A DNA stretch of 64,000 nt from Takakia lepidozioides (taxonomy: Eukaryota > Plantae > Bryophyta). The stretch spans positions 26,536,001 to 26,600,000 of the forward strand of contig CM060731.1 in assembly GCA_030704615.1 (NCBI GenBank), written 5' to 3'. Position numbers and translations under genes: made by a program. Positions 52,601-61,406 of this stretch are shown here, piece after piece. A model generated the notes under the pieces. The model did no database searches and was not told the DNA's origin. It saw nothing but the letters and a program-made list of their open reading frames with translations. Positions within the stretch are counted from its first letter, which is position 1; each line of letters opens with the position of its first letter.

Positions 52601-55600
52601 AAGGATGTCTATGGCAATTGGACGGAGAGACGTATGTGCGGTGATTACCGGCCTGTAAATCGTCAGACCAAGTCCGATAAGGTATGCCATGCCGACACCA
52701 GAGGAGATCTTTGATGCCATTGGGCATTCCAAGGTCTTTAGCACGTTGGATTTACGATCCGGATATCACCAGTTGCCGATCAAGGAGGCGGATAAGCAAA
52801 AGACGGCATTCTGGGGGATCAATGAGCACGGGAAGGATTGCCTATACCAGTGGCGGTTCTTACCATTTGGGCTTAAAAACGCTCCCGCTGAGTTTCAAAG
52901 ATCATGGACAGGATTCTAGCAGGGGTGGAGTTTGCTCGGTGCTACATAGATGACATCATCATCTTTAGTGCTACGGTGGAGGAGCATGAGAGACACCTTC
53001 AGGGGGTATTTGAGCGCTTAAGGACGCACGGATTGAAGTTACATCCGGGCAAGTGCAAGTTTTTCCACAACCAGATTGAGTATCTGGGTCACATGATATA
53101 TCCTGGAGGATTGGGGGTACAGCAGACTAAGGTAGAGTCCATTGCACAGGTTCCACGCCCCACGGATGTGAGCCGAGTTCGAGCTTTCATGGGGTTAGCA
53201 AACTATTACAGACGGTTTGTTAAGGGATTTAGTGCCATTGCAAAGGCTCTAACCAAGCTGACCAAGGTGGACCAGGAATGGCAGTGGGAAGATGAGCAAG
53301 AACAAGCTTTTCAAGAGCTCAAGGTGAGGTTGACCTCGGCGCCCATCTTGAGACGACCTATCAGGGGGCGTCCTTTTCAGCTGCATACAGATTGGAGCAT
53401 GCTGGGGCTTGGAGCGGTGCTCACACAGGTGGATGATGAGGAAAGAGAGTTCGTAGTGGCTTATGCTAGCCGCTCGAACAACGCTGCAGAGTCTAAGTAT
53501 AGCTCATATGAGGGAGAATGCTTAGCTGCAGTGTGGGCCGTGGCACACTTCAGGTGCTATCTATACGACAATCTCTTCACCCTTGTCACGGATCACCAAC
53601 CACTCAAGTGGTTGATGGAGTCAGACAAGCTTACGGGGAAGCTTGCACGGTGGGCACTCATCCTTCAAGAGTATGACTTTCAGGTGGTGTATCGACCGGG
53701 TTTGGTCAATCGCAATGCAGATGGGTTGAGTCGCAATCCATGCACGAACCAACAGGATGACACTGGAGCTCGGTGGCATGGTGAGACGGACGAGGAGATG
53801 GTGCCGGGATGGCATGCATCTGCATTTCTGTGTATCTTGGCAGCGGAAGGCCAGGTTAGACCTGCAACAGGGATGACTGTAGATCAAGTGTCTGAGGACC
53901 CTGAGGCCAGCAATGAGCAAGGTGGCGCCAAAGATATACATGAGGATTCAGTTGTGTTGGACTACCTCCGCACTGGAGACACGGCAGCCACTGTGACTGC
54001 CAAGGAGAGGGATCGGATCCTACAACGAGCCAAGAGGTTCAAGTGGGAGGGGACACACCTGCTCCGAGTGTGGGAGGATGGTCGAGTGAGGATTGTGCCT
54101 CACCCAACACAGCGGGCACGGTTAGTGCGCCATGCCCATGAGGAGTTGGGGCATTTTGGGGTGCGACGCACTCATAGTCTACTGCAGGGGCAGTATTGGT
54201 GGCGTGGTATGCACACAGAGGTGCAACAATTTGTGGCTAGATGCATGGTGTGTGACAGGGTGCGTGCTTCATTCAACGCCCCTACTCCACAATTGCACCC
54301 TCTTCCGATCATGGGATTGGGCTACAGGTGGAGTCTTGACTTCGCAGGGCCGTTGCCACTGACCATGCGCCACAACAAGTACGTATTGGTGATGGTGAAG
54401 CACTTCTCCAAGTGGATTGAATTGGTTCCATTGCCTGATAAGGCTAGTGAGGGAGCTGCGTATGCGTTCCTGGATTGTGTGCTTAGCCGATTCGGTGCTC
54501 CAGCTGAGGTACTCACGGACCAAGGGAGAGAGTTCTTGGGGGAGTTTCAGGCTTTGTGTGACAAGGCCTTGATAGACCACCGCACCACTTCTCGGGATCA
54601 TCCTGAGGCCGATGGCTTGGCAGAGAGAGTTGTTCAGACAGTAAAGAGGGGTTTGCGCAAGTATGGCTTGCAGAAGGGACACCTAGGAGATTGGGACCTT
54701 CAGTTACCCTGGTTAGCCATGGGCTACAGGTTCAGCAAGCAAGCATCACTTGCCTTCTTCTCACCATACTTTCTTCTCTTTGGCCGAGAGCCGGATTTGC
54801 CTATATCCATTCGCAGAGAAGCTGCTACAGTTCTTAACCTTGACGATCCGGACGTGTGGGCACGTGCATGTGAGCAGCGTGCAGAGTTGTTCAAGAGAGT
54901 CATGCCCATGGCTTTCGAGAACCTTGCCATTGCACAACACCGTGATACGTTGAGGTATGCTACCATACGTGGTGGGGGCTATCGTCCTGGGGTTCGGAGA
55001 TTCAACCCTGGTGACTATGTCTATCTTCAGCAGACTGCTCCTACAACCCTGGATGTGACTGCAGGACGTGTTATTTTGAGAGTTCGAGAGGTCTTGCCCT
55101 CAGGCGTCTTGGTCTTGGAGGGTTGGGATGGCATAACTTGGAAGGACCATGTGCGTAATTGTGCGCCATGTCACCTTCCGAATGTCGATGGCAGGATTGA
55201 CCCAAACCTGGCAGTGGTATCTGCAGGTTTGAGGTGCATGTTGTGTGGGTCTGCTAAAGGGGCAGCCACCATGCTGGTATGTGATCGGTGCTCTAGAGGT
55301 TGGCATATGGGATGCTTGACTCCACCTCTTGAGATGGTTCCGGATGGGGATTGGTTATGTCCACATTGCATTGGATAGTGGGAGTGAATACAACCATGGA
55401 AGGCTAACAAGAAACGCAAGGCCCAGCTACTAGGAGACCTTGAACACACGAGATCCTGGCTCAAGCTCACAGATTGCAAGACGGCGACTAACGATGGGGC
55501 TACCCTTGTACCCGGCCTCTTGGTTGATAGAGTTTGAGCACGATAGGGACAGTGATAGAGGACTTAGTACGGCTGTGGCTATTACATCTTGTAGCTATCT

Positions 55601-58600
55601 GGAGGTAGATGGACCTATCCACCAGCTAGGGGGGCGATTGTGGCAGACTACTTTATTGTGCATATATGTGTGGTGTGGTTTGGACAGCGATGTAGTTGTG
55701 TAGCGATATGTATGCGCACGACAGCTGTCAAGTTAAATAAGCACAGTGTGAAAACAGCTAGAATAAAACTAGTTATTTGTATTTAACACTTGGATTTAGG
55801 TCAAGTGTTAAATCAGGTGTCAAGATTAGTTTGACACCTGGTCCGTCTTATCTTCACGAGAGCGGCAGTCGCGCAGCTCATCTCTCTCGAGTTGAGCCTG
55901 CGCGACCGAGCTCATGCATGCGTTTAGATCTGAGTGTACTCATGATGGGAGTGTAGGTTGTTGTGGGGTGGAGTCCCCATAGCTTGGGGTGCCCCTGGCT
56001 CGACTATTGTTTTAACGAGTGATGTTGAGGGATTTCATATTTCTTGTGTTGAGAGTGTGTGTCTTTTCAGCTTTCTTATCTATTGTGGCAGACTACTTTA
56101 TTGTGCATATATGTGTGGTGTGGTTTGGACAGCGATGTAGTTGTGTAGCGATATGTATGCGCACGACAAGTCCTTCCTACTGTGGTTGCAGAAGCTGATG
56201 AAGAAGAGATTTGTAGTGTCATTCCAAAATTGCGGGCGATGGGAGGAATGGCTGGATTCAAAAGTGAGTTGCGGGGAATTGATTGGGAATCTTTGAAGCA
56301 GGTGCCTGTGAAGTTCTTGCCGGAGACTTTTGATGGCGATATCCTATTCGAGCTGCCTCCTCCTCCGCGAGTTGGAGGTGTAACAATCATGATGCATGGA
56401 ATGGACAAGAAACACGACGGGCACCCGTGGTGCAGAACAAAAACATCCAATATTCAGAATGATGACAAGCTTGTTTTCAGGAGGACAGTTTGCAATGGAC
56501 ACCTTAGGTGTGATAATTTGAATTGCAGACACTTTCTTCAGTCTGGGGTTCATAATCAAAGCGAATGGGAGGGTCTGGCGGAAAATCCATTTCAGCCTGG
56601 GACTGCCCCTCACCGGCAAACACTTTCGTCTGCAAATTTTGCAAACTTGTGCCATCCTGCTTGGCGCTCTGCGGAGCAAGAATGTACTATGTTGTCCACC
56701 GTTTGAATACAATGACGAGAGCTTGTGTGCATTTTGGATTCCATAACCATCCTGTCTCGAAGGGGGATTACAGGGAGAGTGTTGAGACAGTATCGAGGTT
56801 GATCAAATAGGAGTTCGGGAGAAACCCATCCGCAACAACATCTGCAATTGCTCTTGGCGCAAGCAAGTCCTTCTTGGAAAGCCATATTTTGAGTGAAGGA
56901 GATTCTGTGGGGACTAAACTTGACGGTGCAGCATTGGACCTGGTCATGGATCATTTCTCCACTTTAAGTTCACCTAACATTCGGCATCAGATCAATGCAT
57001 TGAGAATGGGCTCTGGGATCAGAGGCTACATAGACAATATTTTGGAATTGAAACGAGTGAGCAAGTACGATTACATCCAGGACAATGTATTCCCAGGTCA
57101 AGGTGCCATCAAAGTTTTTCTTTTCAAAATGTCGACTGTTGGGGAGGGCAGTGGGGTTAGCCTCGTGAAGCGGATGCAGAAGACTGGGGACTTGCAGAAC
57201 TGTTTTCTTATGTTTGATCATGTGAAACGAGTGAAGGATTGGACGACAATGGCTTGTCATGTCTACGATCCAGTGTACCAACGAGTTATGACAATTACAG
57301 TTTGTGACATGCAATCCGAGGATACGGAATCCCAGAAGCTCATGTGGAATTCCCTGATACGTGTCATGGGCTGCCATGGGCTGCCATCTCCAAATTTCGC
57401 AGGTTTCATGGCGGATAGTGCTCAAGCAAATTTCAATGCTGTTCGTATTGTCTTCGGATCGGGCGACCCAAAAGTGCCTATGCCAGGAAGAGAGCGTACA
57501 TGTCTATTCCATTGGACACAATCTCTGGAAAAACATACAAAGTCGGACATCAAACCAGAGATGCAGACTCAGCACCGTAAATTGTGCAAAGAGTACAAAG
57601 ATGCTAGAACAATGAAGGAGGCGGATACTTTGTTCCAGACAATTCGTGCCTGGTGGTTCTCTTCTGGAGCTGCATCACTTGAGAGTATGAGAGCATTGGA
57701 AGATTGGCTGGCGTTTTGGCACTTCCGGTATAGACAGTGGGGAGCATGACAATGGTACGAGGCTTCTATTTCATGCTTTATTCATACATTTGCTTTCCAT
57801 ATTTTTGACTCATTGCTTTCTTTATGTTGTTTCCTGTGCACTATTCTGAAGTGTGGTTATCCTCTTTGCAGAACATGTCCATTGAGGAAATGGCGGACAT
57901 GCCATCTTGCAATTTGGCAGAAACTGTGCACAATGTATGGTTGCAACAGTCTGGGAAACGAGGTCGGGATTTGTATGTGGCAACAACAGATGATTTGATA
58001 CGTGCCTTGCAACAACAAACCCGATACCGTGATTTCTTACGAGGTGGGGTTGGTGGCAAGGGTCCGGACAAATGGGAGTTGATGTTGCGTGCTGCAAACA
58101 GATCTGGGGATCCAATCAAGATAGCACGGGCGGTGAGCATGTATGCCCAGGGAACGCCACTTGTTTCTAGAGTTCCACATCTTGAAGGGGAGGAGAGATT
58201 CGGCTCCTGTAAGAGGAAATTGAACACTCCACCTGGTTCGGATTCAGATTCCCACAGGGCAGACCGTGATAACTTCTCGAAGCCTCGTGTTCCCCTGCAT
58301 GACAGCTCCATGTCCGGAACCTCCATTGTGGAGGAACCTCCAACACGACGGCAAGCTCCAGCATCAAACCGTGCCACTGAAATGGTGCAGGAGAGAAACA
58401 ACCCCCTTGATGTGCTTGAGTCCGGATGCCCCGACCACGTTTGGCACATAGAACGCACAAGTGTCGGGTCTCGTGTGAAATGTACAGCGATCAGGGAAAC
58501 TAATTTCGAGAAGTGCACTTCATCTATATCCAGAGGTGGTGCCCGAACTCCTGCTCCGACTTTCACGGGCTTGATGCGTCCATACGTTCAACCAGAAGCC

Positions 58601-59257
58601 AAGAACCACAAGTTCTGGTTCTGCGCAGATGATTGTGCCAGATGTGTGCATGGAACTGTGTGTCCTTCCGTAGTGATGAAGCCATCTCCTCCAACCGTTT
58701 GGCCCGTGAAGGTGGGAACACATCTCAGCTTTCAGGAGATTGAAATGCTGGAGGAGGCAGGTTTTTCCCTTGCGAGACAACCCCAACTCCATGCATGTGC
58801 TACTACTTCTGCGTCCTCCCGGGTCCCCCCGGCAAATCCTGACTTGTGGCCAACCAAACGAGATGGAAAGCTCGTTCGGCGTTTCCCTCCAACCGCTGAA
58901 CACTTTGGCAAAGTGGAGTCCGCAAGAATGCTCCAAGCTCGTGTCGGAAGCACCACGGAAGTACCCAATCCAGGATATGGTCGGGTATTCACAATCATCA
59001 CTTCCACATCTGCTGTTCATGACAGGACCTACGACATCACGGTTTCCAATTTCCCCAATTGCACATGTCCTGATTTTGTGAATATGCTATCAACCAGTTT
59101 GGGCAAGAGAGGTAAATTCATACCCTGCAAACATTTGTATTTCATATTTTTGAGGAGGATGGTTTGCGATCCCAAACGTGACAACTTCATTCATCAGGCC
59201 ACTATGAGTTTCAACGAGGTCGATACTCTTTTGCAGCGGGATACAACACATGGGTAG
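43698..59257 (+). CDS. MULE transposase (GCM-like Zn DNA-binding domain, DDE core, SWIM finger), interrupted by the Gypsy at 44124-56172
   Basis: Excising the Gypsy plus one TSD joins ...EIPNPV|LPTVVAEA... in frame. GCM/WRKY-like HDGHPW..T..N..RR..C.G...C...C...C..C...HNHP (56410-56750). D1 FLMFDHVKR, D2 FMADSAQANFNAV, CLFHW, E in CNLAETVHN; intron ~57755-57871; SWIM CTCPDF...CKH. One in-frame TAG (56808) and frameshifts. Confidence 0.88.
44124..44479 (+). repeat. Terminal repeat segment A1 (356 bp)
   Basis: Near-identical to 55726-56080, with a handful of differences. Confidence 0.95.
44480..44496 (+). promoter_or_regulatory. Self-priming primer-binding site (Tf1-type)
   Basis: acttgagagagatgagc is complementary (16 Watson-Crick + 1 G:U) to gctcatctctctcgagt at 44274-44290; no TGG tRNA-type PBS. 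Confidence 0.8.
46779..47526 (+). CDS. Extra ORF of unknown function upstream of gag (two overlapping frames, probably one frameshifted ORF)
   Basis: ORFs 46779-47222 and 47059-47526 read as protein-like (…FELRDYQTLPLFSLVFSEREIGEYCFVSTW…); no domain recognised. Confidence 0.4.
48042..49600 (+). CDS. gag: Gag with two zinc knuckles (frameshifted)
   Basis: PRRYSG..ELDDFIQEFD; FQRKPSESLREAYTRMRRL (capsid-like); CWTCGGPHVKRDC and CGHCGKYGHGDAQC; RG-rich tail. Confidence 0.85.
50241..50640 (+). CDS. Aspartic protease domain of pol
   Basis: RVLLDSGAQ...YDVLVG. Confidence 0.85.
50990..51945 (+). CDS. C5-cytosine DNA methyltransferase domain, DNMT3-like, inside pol
   Basis: Motif I LLDLFGGISTG, II YLYVERD, IV VVAGWPCQGHS, VI YILENV, VIII DAAAVGSRAHRPRLWWTNL, IX E.ERAMGF, X RRQVLGQAM; spread over frames 50884, 51257 and 51835. 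Confidence 0.93.
52380..55378 (+). CDS. pol: Pol: reverse transcriptase, RNase H, DDE integrase, C-terminal PHD finger
   Basis: RT RMCGDYRPVN, LDLRSGYHQ, LPFGLKNAP, YIDD; RH TDWS...E.E...TDH; INT H-H-C-C, WSLDF, LTDQG, GLAER; PHD CMLC...MLVCDRC..GWHMGCLTPPL..VPDGDWLCPHC at 55235-55369. Confidence 0.97.
55628..55638 (+). promoter_or_regulatory. Polypurine tract
   Basis: aggggggcgat immediately before the TG of segment B1. Confidence 0.75.
55639..56168 (+). repeat. Right-end repeat block B1 (55639-55723) - gc - A2 (55726-56080) - tat - B2 (56084-56168)
   Basis: B1 and B2 are identical 85-mers, tgtggcagac...gcacgaca; A2 matches A1. Confidence 0.95.
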
Positions 59258-59848
59258 CATGAACTATGTAATGTGGTATGTGGATGACCATGATTTGAAA
59301 TGTGTAATTCACATCAATTCGTCGGCTGTGCAATGATATGGCCTCCAACTATACGGAGTGAGGTCTGAGTGACAACTTTTAGGTAGTGCACATTTGTCAT
59401 TGCACCATTCGAAGTCTACATGTCTTGCTGTCGCTATGCACTACAATCATCTTTTGAAGATGATCATAACTCTCATTGTTATTTGAGGAGGGAGGAAGTC
59501 TTATCGTGGCAGCCTTTATGGCGCACACTTTGTGAGGATATTTTGTCGTCTTCGTAATTGTAAAAGTGAAACAAACATTTGTAATTGCACAATGTTGGAT
59601 GCTGCAATTGTAGGCCTCAACGCTCGTCTTGATTCTATTTAGGCAAGATTCCCTGCATTAATTCCACGGTCATAGGACCATCCACGGTTATAGGCGGCGC
59701 ATGTTAATGCTGACGTGGCAGTTGACGGACAGTGCCACGTCATCATTTACCGCCACATCAGCATGCTGACATGACGCTCACGCCACGTCACTCCTGCGTG
59801 AGCGTACGCTCGCGCGCTCACGTGCAACGCTCACGCCATTGCGTCGTT

Positions 59849-60515
59849 GTGTTGACATCGTCATATCTAGAGATGGTTTGCGTACCCTAGCGGATGTTGT
59901 TCTCGCCGACCCCACTCGAGCGGATCTGCTATATCGAGCAGTTACCACACCAGGCATGGCAGCCATTGTAGCAGCAGCTCAGGCCAAGGAGCGCGACTAC
60001 AGCGATCGTCACCCCATCGACAAATTTCTTCCGCTGGCGGTCGAGATATTTGGCTCATTGCACCGGCACTTCGACGATTTTCTGCGGACATGTGCACATC
60101 ATGCAGCCAAGAGCGGGTCCACTGGCATCCCACATGCCTCCGTCCTTGTCGCCTATTATCGACAACGAGTTTCAGTTGCTTTGCAGAGAGCACAAGCCAT
60201 ATTTTGCATCGAGCTGATGTGGTTAGCTCCGCGTCATCTCATCTTCCGCCTATGCTTGACACTTTGCCTATCTCCTTGTCTGATCTCCTCCAGGCTGTTG
60301 GCTGGGAGGGTCGCTCTGCTTGAGTAGCTTACTATAGCTTCTGTTTTCGTCGCTGGTTGAGTAGCTTACTATAGCTTTTGTTCTCTTCTCTAGCTGAGTA
60401 CCTTACTATAGCTTTTTGTTTTCTTCTCTTGTTTCTTGTTCCCCCCCCCCCTTTTTTTTTTTTGGGAACTTCTCATCCTATGCGCGTTCACCCATTGTAC
60501 ATGTTGTAAATAAAA
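59849..60515 (+). mobile_element. CRE-like non-LTR retrotransposon, right part (restriction-like endonuclease + 3' UTR)
   Basis: VDIVISRDGLRTLADVVLADPT...AAQAKERDY...FLPLAVEIFG...YYRQRVSVALQRAQA continues the left part; 3' UTR has 3 copies of gagtagcttactatagctt; 3' end approximate. Confidence 0.85.
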
Positions 60516-61406
60516 TCTTGTAGGGTTTCATCTGGATGGCTTATGTGACTTACGATATGCCTCATATCCATATGCCCCCACGTGGAGAGCCTGACCTCAA
60601 AGTATAAACCTTGGAATCTGGAGTGGGAGGGCGCGTTGTTAGTGAAGGTGACAATGATTGAAAGTAAGATCTGTCGACCTTAACAAGTCTATATTCCTTG
60701 GAATCAGTAAAGAAAGTGAATGTGGCAGAAACAGGTTAGCAGATTACCATTGACTTTGGGCATCTAGTTTTCCTTGCCTAGCGCTCGTTACAGTGCATTC
60801 CACACCAAGAATAAAATCGCGGACTAAGATAATAAGCAGTGGATAGTGAGTGCGATCTGCTCATCTCCAAATCGTTGCAGAGGTACCGTACTGACCTAGC
60901 TTATTGGCACTTCCGCGCCTAAATAAAAACGCGCGCCTACCTACTCTTGTTTCCCGCCAAAGGAATCAATCACAAGATCTAGGGTTCCTCCGCCCCAGGT
61001 TTGCTTTCCTTGGATCCTTACCTATGCTCTTGCAATCTGAGCCTGGCATTGTGCTTAGGACCGCCCGACAATTCACAGACACCCGCATTTGCAGTAGATG
61101 CGCGAGCTTGCCTCAGATTGCTGCTCACCTTGCCAGTCTCTTGCGGAGCTCAAAGTATACTCGTTTTCGTCACCTGTTTGCAATCTGAACCTCGTCTCTT
61201 CTCGTCTTTGTCGGCATCGATCATTGGCATTCCCGAAGTGTCCAGTGCTTACCACATTCTGTACCAGTTTGTTTTACACGGACCCGGTGCTTATTGCTTG
61301 GACACCTATAAGAAGGTCGAATTGCCCTGTTTCGTGTGGATCAGGCCGGATTCGTGTGAGATCGCGCTCAGATAGAATAAGTGACGATTTGTGTGCTGTA
61401 TTGGCG

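Larger units (their letters stand above)
44124..56168 (+). mobile_element. Ty3/Gypsy retrotransposon (12,045 bp) with split terminal repeats, DNMT and PHD domains
   Basis: TGTC...GACA termini; 4 bp TSD AGTC (44120-44123 / 56169-56172); domain order gag-PR-DNMT-RT-RH-INT-PHD. Confidence 0.95.
36535..59848. mobile_element. Large Mutator-superfamily DNA transposon (~11.3 kb once the nested Gypsy is removed) carrying two divergent genes
   Basis: TSD gtgtggacatc (36524-36534) / gtgttgacatc (59849-59859), 9-11 bp with 1 mismatch. Imperfect ~43 bp TIRs share GGCGTGAGC.T.G.CACGTGA.CGCG.GAGCG. Removing the element restores the CRE ORF. Confidence 0.85.

Noticed and set aside
48042-52950. Programmed ribosomal frameshifts in gag-pol
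   Set aside because: There are too many shifts, and duplicated segments elsewhere differ mainly by single-base deletions, which points to sequencing indels or decay.
44124-56168. DIRS/PAT/Ngaro classification because of the split repeats and MTase
   Set aside because: No tyrosine recombinase is visible. The element has a protease, a DDE integrase, a 4 bp TSD and a C5 (not Dam-like) MTase.
55726-56168. Treating A+B as an ordinary LTR with a deleted 5' copy
   Set aside because: This does not explain B1 sitting directly after the PPT, or the self-priming site directly after A1.
57841-58566. 241-aa minus-strand ORF, and similar antisense ORFs over pol, the LRR and RECQSIM
   Set aside because: Shadow frames of real coding sequence.
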